A stretch of 64,000 bases of DNA from Octopus vulgaris (lineage: Eukaryota). The DNA lies in the NCBI GenBank assembly GCA_951406725.2, contig OX597815.1, positions 75,082,001 through 75,146,000 on the forward strand. The letters run 5' to 3'. Position numbers and translations under genes: made by a program. Within the stretch, counting starts at the first letter, position 1. Every line of letters starts with the position of its first letter. Under the pieces are notes generated by a model. The model was not told the DNA's origin. It did not search any database and saw only the letters and a list, made by a program, of their open reading frames with translations. Below, one piece after another: positions 42,199 to 55,783 of the stretch.

Positions 42199-42236
<38 letters not shown>

Positions 42237-42714
42237 CTTGCGTGTGCATGTGCGTGTGTGTGTGTGTGTGTGTTTGAGTTTCTCATGAGAATTCTTAGGA
42301 CACTAGAAATAGCTATGTAGGATTACTGAGTTCACTGTGAAATAAACAACCCTGAAGAGCTCAAGTGTTGGCAGTATGTCGTAAATATGCAAGTACCAAA
42401 TCAAATTTATAACTATAGGTCCGACTCATCAGTGGGTCCTTGTTTTGGGATAGGTATAACAAAGGAAAACAAATGGTGTTTAAAACTTAAACGCCATATA
42501 TATTTACGAACATGTGTGTGCATACATATATATATCTATATGTATATGTATACACTCTCACACACACACACTTATAAGTATACATATGCAGTATATTGAA
42601 ATACATCAGGTAACAATATCATGAATTTTTATATAACGTTTTGTGTATATGTGTGTAAATACAGACACACGCACACACAAACATACATAGATACACAGGC
42701 TCACGAATATATCA

Positions 42715-43050
42715 CTGGGGTGAGCATGGGGATCGACCGGTGGCCGTGCACCCTGCCACCAATGTACTCATCATGAAGCACCCCCTACTTCCCCTCGTCA
42801 TTGAGGTGTTGTGAGTAAGGAGTGCCGTATGACACCGTTTCCTTTCATATAGGTCCCAAGGGTTGTCATGAACGCAGTTGTCAAGTCTTGGATTAAGGGT
42901 TCTTCTAGCCTGATGGTTATCCTTGTCCCGGTAGAACCCTGGTTCTGCCTATTCGGTTCTTGAGACCCGCGGATGTTTGGCTGAGAATGTTTTTACGATC
43001 GTGTTCCCCATCATAGCGCTTCTTAGCTTTCCTAATTTGAAACCTCTGGT
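42715..43050 (+). pseudogene. Heavily degraded Tc1/mariner-type transposase fragment
   Basis: Residual motifs in the expected order: VVKSWIKG, LAEN(F), and ..PNLKPL, matching VVKPWI..QQD..WLAENF..PPSSPDLNPL. Confidence 0.5.
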
Positions 43051-43051
43051 G

Positions 43052-43197
43052 AGAGGAATGACAGGTGGTCCGACCCAAGCGACGCTTTTATAGGGACTGC
43101 ACTTTGAGGATCTGCTGTATAAGAAGAGGAATGACAGGTGGTCCGACCCAAGCGACGCTTTTATAGGGACTGCACTTTGAGGATCTGCTGTATAAGA
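43052..43197. repeat. 73-bp tandem duplication
   Basis: agaggaatgacaggtggtcc...ctgctgtataaga occurs twice in a row. Confidence 0.93.
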
Positions 43198-43199
43198 AG

Positions 43200-43460
43200 A
43201 GAGGAGACAAAAATGAAAAGCTGCCCCGACGGCGCAAACTAGCTAAGCCACTGCACTGTACCGCCGTATCTGAGACGTTGCTTGACAGAGAGATCAATAG
43301 GCGGTTCAACGATACCACAAACTTCTATGATTCACGCTAGATCCGATCATGTGTGTAGTGTGAGGTATTCATAGAGGCCATCTGCTCATCTCATGCTGTC
43401 GAGAACGTGGCCACATCGGGGCCGAAATTTTGAGGCTGAGCGACGCTGGTTTTGAAGGAT
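43200..43460 (+). pseudogene. Possible degraded RTE-like RT fragment
   Basis: VSETLLDREINRR resembles RTE SLDxEINxRI; a downstream ETWP-like remnant is present. Confidence 0.3.
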
Positions 43461-43614
43461 CTGTTTCTTTGATGTATCTAATGAAACCTTTGTACCATGT
43501 TTGTGGGAGAACGTTAATTTGTTTTTCTGTTCGGTGGGGCTCCTTGATTCTTCCTTTGTGTTTCTATAGTTATTCGGTTCCCTGTTGCCACTTTGTGTAA
43601 GCGCGGGTGAGTAT

Positions 43615-43683
<69 letters not shown>

Positions 43684-43939
43684 GATGAATGTGTACGTGC
43701 CCGTGTATATACATTTTTTATTATATACATATATATGCGTATATATTTGTATACACATATGAATGTGCGCGCGTGTAGATATATAAATATACGCATGTGT
43801 GTTTTTCATTCTCCTTCGTCCTCGATGTTCATACACACACAGACACACATATATTTATATGTATATATGTCTATATATTTGGAGACAGTGAGAGAAAGGA
43901 GAAACTCTCATAATTGCACAACACTCGCACACACACTTT

Positions 43940-43970
<31 letters not shown>

Positions 43971-44037
43971 GTAATATATATTACATAAATATATATTTAT
44001 AATATATATATATATACATACATATATATGTATATAT

Positions 44038-44100
<63 letters not shown>

Positions 44101-44162
44101 TATATGTATATATATATATATATATATAATACAAACATATATATATACATCTATATCTGCTC

Positions 44163-44555
44163 AGGAGTGGCTGTGTGGTAAGTAGCTTGTTACCAACCAC
44201 ATGGTTCCGGATTTACCAACCACATGGTTCAATCCCACTGCGTGGCACTTTGGGCAAGTGTCTTCTACAATAGCCTCGGGCCGACCAAAGCCTTGTGAGT
44301 GGATTTGGTAGACGGAAACTGAAAGAAGCTCGTCGTATATATGTATATATATATGCATGTGTGTGTGTCTGTGTTTGTCCCCCTAGTATTGCTTGATAAC
44401 CAATGCTGGTGTGTTTATGTCCCCGTAACGTAGCGGTTCGGCAAAAGAGACCGATAGAATAAGTACTGGGCTTATAAAAGAATAAGCCCCGGGGTCGAGT
44501 TGCTCGATTAAAAGCCGCAGTCAAATGACTGAAACAAGTAAAAGAGTAAAAGAGT
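44163..44555 (+). mobile_element. Type B SINE
   Basis: Full head to tail, with a small internal duplication of ttaccaaccacatggttc. Confidence 0.9.
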
Positions 44556-45048
44556 ATATGTATATATATATATATATATATACATACATTTATATATATA
44601 TATTTACATATATATATGCATATACATATATAAGTATAAAACCATCTATAGCTGTATATCTATTCATATCCATACTTCTTTCTCTTTCCCCTCTCTCTGT
44701 ATACACACTCTCTCACACACACATGTATGTATGTATGTATGTATGTATGTATGTATGTATGTATGTATGTATGTATGTATGTATGTATGTATGTATGTAT
44801 GCATATGGTATGTATCACACACACATATGTATGTATATATGCATGTATGTATATATGTATGTCAGTGTATTTGCACATATATTTCTGTAATCCTCAACGT
44901 ATGCACTTTCCATATATATCAGTTTATATACCTATAAAATCAAGTAGACAAATGTTAATGAGCGTGTGGTGACTATTATATATATATATATATTTCAAAT
45001 TTTCAGAAAACCAAAGACGAAGATTGATGAGTGTCCAACAAGCAGGTC

Positions 45049-45167
<119 letters not shown>

Positions 45168-45189
45168 CATACATATGTATGTATAAATC

Positions 45190-45240
<51 letters not shown>

Positions 45241-45553
45241 ATGTTTATGAGTGTGTGCACGCGCGCATGTATATATGTATGTATGTTTGTATATATGTAT
45301 GCATGTATGTATGTATGCATGTATGTATGTATGTATGTATGTATGTATGTACGTATGTACGCAGTATGTATGTTCTAGGAATGACTTCAAACTGTATCCA
45401 GTGGAGAAGCTCCGGTTTGAGAGCACCAGCTTTTTGAGAAGTGTGGAACTACCTTTTAGCTTCAATTGTTCTCAGCTCTAATCTGACCTGGCGTAGTTGC
45501 ACTTCTCAGGATCTCAGTTATGGGTTAACTAGAATAGTTGATGACAACACATC

Positions 45554-45768
45554 TGAGTGCGGAAACGCAGGAATGCTCTTGCCTGCAGTAAGACGTCTGG
45601 GAGTGAGGACTCCCTAGATATTGTCACACCATTCATCTAGGAAAGCGTCACTCTGATGTAAAACCTAGTGTTTCAGGTGATTACTGGTCATCTGGCTTCG
45701 ACCTATCTCTAGGTACTAATCATAGAAACTCAGAGACTAGTCCTGGTGTTGTACAAGCGTTTATCACT
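45554..45768. repeat. About 215-bp direct repeat, copy 1 (copy 2 at 46867-47081)
   Basis: gcctgcagtaagacg..tgggagtgagg...tcatagaaactcaga..ctagtcctggt..tgtacaagcgtttatcact is shared. Confidence 0.9.
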
Positions 45769-46074
45769 ATAATCCAATGATGTACTGATGTCTTTTTATG
45801 GTGACCTCACTTATAATTACTTCTACTGAAAATGCTATGGCGATGAAAGAGTGGCGATGTGTGCAAAGTGAATCAGTTGGAAGTGCATAGTAAGTTGCAA
45901 CTTTCGTCTGTCACCTATGCTTCAAACTATGTTGATCTGCAACGAGAATGAATAATCACTTGAGAGGCCATGGATGGAAAGTCAAAAATTCCATTAACAA
46001 TGAGGGAGTACGAGGAAACGGTGTTCATCTGCAAAGTTAAAGCAATAAACAAATATGTACATGTACGTACGTAC

Positions 46075-46105
<31 letters not shown>

Positions 46106-46532
46106 TGTATGTATGTATGTATGTATGTATGTATGTATGTATGTATGTATGTATGTATGTATGTATGTATGTATGGACACACATGAAAGCGTGACGTATG
46201 TGAATTGTGATGGCAGAAAATTGGCTTTAGCATATAAAATTGTCAACAAATATCCTTGTTATTATGTGACAGTCTGCAAAAATATTTCACCAAGAAGACA
46301 AATCTACTGATGTGTGCATGCGTGTGTGTGTTTGGGTGTGTGTGTGTGTGTATGCATATATGTATGTAGTTTATATATTGTGTGTATATATATATTTATG
46401 TATATATATATATATATTTGAGCGTTTTAGCTCTTATTTCATGCAAGACAGATGTTGTGTAACACCCTAATCGCATTTAGTGACATTTATAATTGTCCTT
46501 TATGGTGCAATATTGCAAACTGCTGCCCATAC

Positions 46533-46589
<57 letters not shown>

Positions 46590-46866
46590 GAATGAATATG
46601 TACATACATATATACATACATACATACATACATACATACATACATGCATGCATACATATGCACACACACATACTCTGGTAGATTTTAATTACAAATCCTG
46701 AAAACCAACATATAACTATTATTTATATTAATACAACATTGTAATTACACATACATATACACGTACATTCGTTATTTTAAACATACACATGAACTTTTGT
46801 GTGCAAAAATTATCTCAGCCATCAGAGATACTCGCACCATGATGTAAGCATACTTGCACAATGGTA

Positions 46867-47081
46867 TGAGCGCGGAAACACAGAAATACTCTCGCCTGCA
46901 GTAAGACGACTGGGAGTGAGGGACCCCTAGCTATTGTCACACCATCCATCTAGGAAAGGGTCACTCTGATATAAAACCTACTGTTTCAGGTGATTGCTGG
47001 TCATCTGGCTACGACCTATCATTAGGTACTAATCATAGAAACTCAGAAACTAGTCCTGGTATTGTACAAGCGTTTATCACT
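46867..47081. repeat. About 215-bp direct repeat, copy 2
   Basis: See 45554-45768. Confidence 0.9.
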
Positions 47082-47084
47082 GAT

Positions 47085-47610
47085 ATTTTTTCTACTCTAG
47101 GTACATGGCCCGAAATTTTTGGAGAGGGGCCTGTCGATTAGATCGATCACAGTACGCAACTGGTACTTAATTTATCGACCCCGAAAGGATGAAAGGCAAA
47201 GTTGACCTCGGCGAAATTTGAACTCAGAACGTAGTGGCCGACGAAATACGGCTACGCATTTCGCCCGGCGTGCTAATGTTTCTGCCAGCTCGCCGCCTTG
47301 AAAATGATACTGATATCAAGGTAGCAATGATTTCGTTTCCATTGTAATATACTTCATGAATATTGGAGCTTTAGTCACACTAAGTAGGTTTAATATCGGT
47401 CTCAAATTTTGGCACAAGGCCAGCAACTTCGGGGTAGAGGACCAAATCACTTACATTGACCTCAGTACTCAACTTGTACTAATTTTATCGATTCGAAAGA
47501 ACGAAGGCAAAGTCGACCCCCGGCAACATTTGAACCCAGGAAGAAAAGTCATAAGAAATGCTGCTAAGCATTTTGACTGGCGTGATAACGATTCTGCTGG
47601 GTCGTCGCCT
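47085..47610 (-). mobile_element. Two type A SINE copies
   Basis: tctgccagctcgccgcctt end at about 47299; a second, degenerate copy spans 47400-47610. Confidence 0.85.
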
Positions 47611-48074
47611 TCTCAGTAGATTAGATATCACTTACACATAACTCACGGTTAATCGTCACCTGTGAAACAATAAAATGTTTAATATCTACAAAATGCGACA
47701 TTGACTTTCTTGCATTTAATAAACATTTTTACAAATAAACGAAAAAATTTACGTTTGTAATAATTCTTTTTTGGATCGTTGGATCTTGAAGCAGATAAAT
47801 TATAAATAATAGCGTGTAAATATCGGGTTAAAAAGTCAGCGGGTGTGAGAGGTGAATATATATTTATTTTTCCATATGAATTCATCTTCACCTCTCACAT
47901 TCCCTGACTTCTTGTTTTACTTACTCCTCTCCGAGCATATTATATATGCTCGGACTTCTTTGATTTTCAGTTACACGGTTAAATTACATTACACTACATT
48001 GTAATTGATGACTACGAAGGCTGATAACCGACCTCGAACAGAGAGCTTACTGTGATGGCTGCATGATTCTCTGG

Positions 48075-48162
<88 letters not shown>

Positions 48163-48166
48163 GATA

Positions 48167-48242
<76 letters not shown>

Positions 48243-48821
48243 GTGAATGTTCATACACATCTACATATGTATATGTATATATGTATATATGATGGGCTTT
48301 CACACAGCTCTCATCTTCCAAGTTCCCCTTGGCTAGCACGAAACCATAGTAAAAGACTTTTACCCTTACCTCTCTCGCTCGCTAACACTTACCTCCTTCC
48401 CCGCTCTCTCTACCTGTATATTTAATGATAGGATTGGTAACTCATATATAACAATCAACATATGGAAATTCAGGAGTGATGTTACGATTCAATACACGCA
48501 GTAAAGCGAAATATATTATATATAGTGTATGCGAAAAGCAAAGTCAAATATATTAAATGTATTATATATATATTCATATGTAGTGGTCGAATGTGATTTT
48601 AAGTCTAACCTGTCTCCTGGTTTATTCATGCAGTTTGAATAAGCCACAGGTGGATCCTGAAGTTACAGTTAACCCGTGTATACAAATATATAACTCTATA
48701 CATACGTACAAACATACATACATACATGCATACATACATACGTACGTACATACATACATACACATATGTATATATGTATGTATGTATGCGTGTATCTACA
48801 TATTAATACATGCAAACGTAC

Positions 48822-48855
<34 letters not shown>

Positions 48856-49135
48856 ATAAATACATATATGTATAAATACATATCTCTGTGAGTATGTATG
48901 TATTGTGTAGACATACATAAATAAACATATATATATGTGTGTGTGTGTGTATATATATATAAACATATACACACACATATACATACACATATGCACACAT
49001 GTATATATTGCATATATTCATACATACATATGACTACACACAAACACACACACACACACACATACACGCATGTATCTATATGTGTGTGCGTTTGTGTGTT
49101 TATATATATATAATATATATATATATAACATATAT

Positions 49136-49184
<49 letters not shown>

Positions 49185-49653
49185 TTAATATACTGTAATG
49201 CAATATAAACTTTGTAATTAATATATTTTTCCAAGAACAATGTACATAGTATATACAATAAGCTATGTTTGGTGAATATATATAAAGTAATAAACCTGCT
49301 AAACTCTGTATATATAAAGCAATAAATATAAGGAAGCATTTGTTTCTGTATGATAATAACAATAATAATAATATATAATAATATAAACATAGTAATATGT
49401 TCCATGGTAGCAAAGTTGAAATATGTCTCATATATGGAGTATATAAAATATGCAACATATTTAAATGTTTCTAATTTAGTGCTGTTCTAAAGGGTGATGT
49501 ATCACTTTAAATATCTTTAGATATATGTGTGTGGTATATTTACGTTAGTCATATTATTTATGTTTGGTTTGGCTAGCTTTGTTTAGCTGTATGTGTTTGT
49601 GTAAATTTATTTATGTATATATGTATGTATATATCTGTGTATATACGTATATC

Positions 49654-49685
<32 letters not shown>

Positions 49686-50499
49686 TGTATGTATGTATGT
49701 ATGTATGTATGTATGTATGTATGCATGTATGTATGTATGTATGCATGTCTGTGTGTGAGTGTGTGAGTATGTGTATGTAGGTATGTAAGTAGCTATATGT
49801 ATGTCTGTCTGTCTGTCTGTCTGTCTGTATGTATGTATGTATGTGTGTGTGTATGTGTATATGTGTGTGTGTGTGTTTGCGTATGTGTATGTATGTGCAT
49901 TAAGTACACATATATGTATAATACCTAAGCACCAATGTAATCGTATATGCACACACACACATACACACGCACACATACATACACACACACGCATTGATTT
50001 TGGCCATACTGGGGCACTGCCTTGAAGGATTAAGACGATCAAATTGGCCCTAAAACTGTTTCTTTTTTTTTCTTTCTTTTCCAAGTCTTTTCATCTCTTT
50101 TCCTGAACTGCTAGGTTACAGGGACATAAACAAACCCAAACCACCTTGTGAACGGTGTGTATGTCAGCAAGAAAGGAGGCGGGGCAAAGGAACAGACACG
50201 CACATACACACACAGTCGCACACCCTCAAATATACACACCCAACAGACACACACACGCATAGATACATAAACACACTTATGTATACATGTATGTATGTAC
50301 GTATGTGTACACACACACACACACACACACACACATATGTATGTATGTATGTATGTATTCGTTATGTGTGATAGAGGGAATATTAGTTTAAAGTAGTAAT
50401 CTATGTATCTTAGTTAATGCAGACACACTACTGAAAGCCCAGTCTCATTCTGACATAGTATCATTTTAGACGTACAATATTAAAAAACGAAAACGCAGA

Positions 50500-50978
50500 A
50501 ATATATCAGTAGCAGGCAAAAATAGTCCAGTAGTGAGAATGGCATTCCTAAATTTATATTTCTCTCTTGGGTTTCCTTAATAGCAAGTATCCACGGCAAC
50601 CACAATGCTAAGACAAAATCTGCCGTTACTGATATTGTAAAACACCGATTCAGAGGTGTCGGAATTAACCAGCAGGCTAACTGCGACATTAGTGAATCGC
50701 TGTTTCACTATATCAGCAACGGCGTATTTTATCTTAGCATGCGGATATTCTTTTCTACTTTAGGCACAAGGACCGAAAGTTATTGGGAGGTGGCCAGTCG
50801 ATTAGATCGACCCCCGCAACTGGTACTTAACTTATCGACCTCGAAAGGATGAAAGGCAAAGTCGACCTTGGCGGAATTTGAACTCAAAACGTAACGGCCG
50901 AAATACGGCTACGCATTTCGCCCGGTGTGCTAACGTTTCTGCCAGCTCGCCGCCTTATTGCCAGTGGATATTACTATA
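50500..50978. mobile_element. Palindromic MITE-like element interrupted by a type A SINE (50750-50957, minus)
   Basis: Inverted arms within 50605-50740. The outer arm 50580-50600 pairs with 50958-50978. A related sequence lies at about 54000-54225. Confidence 0.65.
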
Positions 50979-51065
50979 TAGAAATGGTGAATCTGGTAAG
51001 TCTTTTTGCCGTACTGTGTGTGTGTATATGCGTCTATTTGTGCAAATGTGTGTATGTATGTAATA

Positions 51066-51380
51066 AGATATATGTAATAATCTATATATGGAAAATTCTA
51101 ACAGAGCTAGTTCATAATTTTGGCATCATGTGTTATACAAGTACCCAAACTGGACGCCATTGCTAGTATCAATTGTACCATCCGCTCCGCCTAAAATGGT
51201 TCAAAGGCTCACACCTCTTCAATGCTCTGCCAAAAGATTTAAGAAATCTACACAACATGGATGTGGATGTCTTTAAAAAAATTAAAAAACGAACATTCTC
51301 CTATCTACGATACCAGACGAACCAACGTCCCGGCATGACGTACAAGTGAGTGCACTAGTGTTAAACTGCCTCATTACCAA
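51066..51380 (+). pseudogene. CR1-group LINE ORF2 C-terminal fragment
   Basis: YVIIYIWKILTELVHNFGI...TGRHC...FKGSHLFNALPKDLRNLHNMDVDVFKK...LSTIPDEP. Confidence 0.72.
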
Positions 51381-51739
51381 ACGGGCCAACAACCAGGGTA
51401 AGAGCACATGTAGGAATGGTAATATGAAATCCAACGACCCAAAAGAAATTAAACAAATAAGAAAGCTGTAGAAAAATAAATAGATAAAAGAAATGTGTAT
51501 ATATTTCGCTTAGGCATTGCGATACTGATATTCTGGTTAGTCGAAGCGTTGGTTGCGTTCAGAACGGTAATAAGAAAAGAAATGACAAAAGAATAAACGA
51601 TTATTCTATAAACTTCATTAGTTTACGGTCGTTTCCTCTATAAGATGTGGTGGACTCATAGTTGAGTGCCTGAGAAACACCTTACATTTTCATCAGAATT
51701 TCAAATATGAAGTTGAAACAGCTGTAGGCTAATGGAATT

Positions 51740-51892
51740 CATGAGATAATCGTACAGGAGGATCAGTTCATTATGATTTTATTCAACCCGTTCCCCTCTC
51801 AGGTCCGTACACTTATTGTAGCTATTCTAAGTTCTGTAAAATAACTCTTAATTACCCTTAAAGTCAGGATCTTTTTAGCAACCCCTCGTATA
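51740..51892 (-). mobile_element. Mariner-derived remnant
   Basis: TA-TACGAGGGGTTGCTAAAAAG-type TIR and a YNKCTDLRG..VE* transposase C-terminal remnant. Confidence 0.55.
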
Positions 51893-52058
51893 TATAAAAA
51901 ACGATCTTCAGTCTATTTTGTCTGACGCCGCCGTGATCACGACGTAATTTGTACAATGTGGAAAATATATTAACTATCGTTACCTTAGTGATCTTATAAT
52001 TTTAAAATTTTACTGAAGGCTGAGATAACTTCTGTCCTTACAGACTAGAGAATATATG

Positions 52059-52107
<49 letters not shown>

Positions 52108-52125
52108 TATATATAAAGTATGTAT

Positions 52126-52208
<83 letters not shown>

Positions 52209-52509
52209 CAGAAGTCGTAGATGTATGTTTACAAGATCGTAGAAAACTACGCGCACTCCCGCACGCACAGACAAACACACACACAAACACACATGACATT
52301 TAAGCAAATATCGATGATTGATCGAGACAGTTTCAAATATTTTGGTAAATCTTCAATACAGCACGTGGCCTAAATACAGTCGAAAGAATATCTCTAGCAA
52401 TATTTTATGAGCCAAAAGATTGAGATTTTGGGGTTGCTCTTAAGCTAGGAAAAAACAAAAATAATCTTTCAAATATACGAGTGAATACGTCCCTTGGTAT
52501 CTTTTATGT

Positions 52510-52920
52510 TTTATTTGTTTCAGTCATTGGGCTATGGCCATGCTGGGAAATCGCCTAGAAGAGTTTTGTTGAACAAATCAACCCTGTTACATATGTTTTT
52601 TATGTCTGGTACTTATTTTATTGCTCTTTTGTCGAACAGCTACATTATGGGGACTTAAACAAACCAATGCCGGTTGTCAAGATGTGACCGTGTACAAACA
52701 CAAAATCATACACAAATAGGCATCTGCGTATGTATGTGTGTATCTATCTATACATAGATATAGATATATACGACGGGCTTCCGTATAATTTCTACGAAAT
52801 TTATTATAGTCCGCGGCTCTTGTAGAAAACGGTTGCTCAAGATACTGTGCAGTGCGAGTGGGGCTGAACCCGAAACCATGTGGTTGCAAAGCAAGCCTCT
52901 TAAATACACTGTCATGCTTG
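52510..52920 (-). mobile_element. Degenerate type B SINE
   Basis: ttgtttcagtcatt...gaacccgaaaccatgtggttg. Confidence 0.72.
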
Positions 52921-53074
52921 CGTTTATAAGAATATCTGTATTTTTTCAATCTATGTGTGTATATTTTATATGTCTAGAATTTATAATATAAATATGAGAT
53001 TTCTAAACATGTTCTGTATAAATATATGTAATATATTAATTTGCTAACTTGTATCTCTTTTACTCTTTTAATAT

Positions 53075-53290
53075 TTTACTTGTTTCAGTTATTTGACTGT
53101 GGCCATGCTGGAGCACCGCCATTAGTCTAGCAAATCGACCCTAGGACTTATTCTTTGGATGCCTAGTACTTATTCTATCGGTCTCTTTTGCCGAACCGCA
53201 GGGACGTAAACACACCACCATCGGTTGTCAAGCGATGTTGGGGGGACAAACATAGACACACAAATATATATACACACATACATACATACC

Positions 53291-53336
<46 letters not shown>

Positions 53337-53501
53337 TACGACGGGCTTCTTTCAGTTTTCGTCTACCAAATCCACTCACAAGGTTTTGGTCGGCCCGATG
53401 CTATAGTAGAAGACATTTGCCCAGGGTGCCACGCAGTGGGAATGAACCTGGAACCATGTGGTTAGTAAGCAAGCTACTTACCACACACCCACTCCTGCGC
53501 C
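53075..53501 (-). mobile_element. Full-length type B SINE
   Basis: Near-consensus reverse complement ending cttaccacacacccactcctgcgcc. Confidence 0.92.
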
Positions 53502-53588
53502 TATAATCTATGTAAGATTATATCAGATGCATGTATTCCTATCTACGCATAATCCCAAAGATTACAAAAAATGTATATGCGTGTGTGT

Positions 53589-53623
<35 letters not shown>

Positions 53624-53659
53624 GAGGGTGTATTGTCTGTATTCTTGTTCATGTTTATT

Positions 53660-53830
53660 GCATGACAACTGATTCTGTTAGCACCCAACTACTACTTATT
53701 TACAGATGCGTAAAATGGAGCAACGAGAAATGCCTTGCTCAAGGATACAAAGCACTCTCCGGCTCACGAACCGTACCTACTATCTTATACGGACAAGCCG
53801 AAAACCTTAACCACAGAGCCTTCTGCCTTC
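53660..53830 (-). mobile_element. Degenerate type C-like SINE
   Basis: tggagcaacgagaaatgccttgctcaaggatacaa...ccttaaccac. Confidence 0.6.
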
Positions 53831-54374
53831 ACAAGTATGCATGTATACTTGTATGAGCATGTGTGTGTGTGTATGTGTGTGTGTGTGTGTGTGTGATACT
53901 TAAAGCAGATGCACTATTACATCATTGAAAGCCTGCTAAACTGCGGTATTCGTCTCGAGAAAGCATTTCTTATAGATATATAAAATTTAAAAAATGTATA
54001 TATCAGTAGCAAACAAAAACCATACAGCAGCGGTGATGGCATTGCGAAATACGTATTTCTGCGTCTTTGTGTTTCGTTAGTTGGAAGTATCTACAAGCGA
54101 CCGCATGTTAAGACAAAATTATTCGGTACTGATAACGTAAAGCAGAAGTAGAAACACATATTTAGCAATGACCGACCATCGCTGCTGGGCGATTTTCATC
54201 TATTAGTGCTATATTTCTGCTATCTCGAAACGAGTATCACAGTATAAACAGGCTTTGACCAAGTGCCTTCTTTAAGTATGATGCCGAGATTGTTATTTTG
54301 AACTAATACAGTTTCTGTCGCTCATAACAAATACACACACACACACATACGTGCATCTTTTCATTTATCAATCA

Positions 54375-54475
<101 letters not shown>

Positions 54476-54699
54476 ATCTATCGATCTGTCTATCACAGGC
54501 AAACATGTATTTTTGTGTTCAATCGGCAAGAGTTAAGGATAATTGGTAATTGCGTGTGCCAGGGAATTGTTTTCGCGGTAGAATTGATATTGTAATGCAA
54601 AATGTTTCTTTCATAATGTTATGTTGACTGACTGCGTTTGAGATAATGTGTAAGTGAGGAAGGGCGTAGGTGACTGACAGGGACATAGAGGAGAATAGG

Positions 54700-54864
54700 A
54701 TGAAAGGATGACTTGTAAGGATAGTAGGGAGAGGAAAGAGAAAGGAGAAAGGAGGTAGGAAAAAATTGGGTGAGAGAAAAAGGCATGAGAGTATAGTAAA
54801 GGGAGAGTGAAGGGGGCGGAGAAGAAAGGAGAAAGAGAATGAGAGAGAGGGAAAGGGAGAGGGA

Positions 54865-54899
<35 letters not shown>

Positions 54900-55108
54900 C
54901 GAGAGGAAGAGAGAATGAGAAAGTTAGTGAAGGAGGAAAGGAGTTGGTAATTATAGAGCAAATGAAAATGGTACAATATGCAAAAGGATACAGGAATGAA
55001 AGAGAAAAGAATTTTTAACGAGAAGAGAGAATTAGGGAGGGAGAGAGAGAGAGAGATGGAGGGAGAGAGAGAGACGGAGAGAGAGAGAGAGAGAGGGAGA
55101 AAGAAAAC
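54700..55108. repeat. Purine-rich (GA) low-complexity tract
   Basis: Directly visible. Confidence 0.85.
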
Positions 55109-55556
55109 TGGAATTATAGTGCGCCCGCGCGTGTGTGTGCTTGAACGTGTGTTTGAGTTAAAGCAAATATAGAGGCAGACATATAGTTAGTTGCAAGACA
55201 GAAGAGATAGCCTGTATTTTTATGAAGGAGATTGTGGTATACAGAAATAAAAATTCTAGTGCAAGAATGTGTTTATACTTGTAGAATCAGTGGAGCATCA
55301 GTCAAAATGCATGCTCTGCTTCGTTATATTTCCTTAGGAATTGAAATCATGTTGCATGCACTGTATTTATCTAAGGCCATTATATTCTCAACGGTTACTT
55401 AATATCTCAACGGATAAGTCGCATAAGCGCTGTAAAAAATATCTTAATAGTTGATGAATTGATGTCCTCCTCTTGTCTTGATGAAGTGAATGAGTTACGT
55501 CTACAGTAAATGTGATGTTGATTCACTACTCGAAAACTTGGCCTTTAGTGATATCA

Positions 55557-55783
55557 TAACCCTTTAGTACTTAAACAGGCCATATCCATCCCAAATATTC
55601 TACTTGGTTTATGTTTCAACTGGCCAAATCTGGCCTCTCGCACCTACCCTTCAATATAATCGTAAAAATATACAACCACATCATTGAAATCTCAAAGTTA
55701 TGAGATAATGCAATATTAATTCAAAACATTGTCAATAAATAAGCATTACATTTGACAGAGAAATCTGAATGCTAAAGGCTTAA
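55557..55783. mobile_element. piggyBac-like MITE
   Basis: (a)TAA-CCCTTTAG...CTAAAGGC-TTAA: short TIRs with TTAA-like target sites, about 220 bp. Confidence 0.7.
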
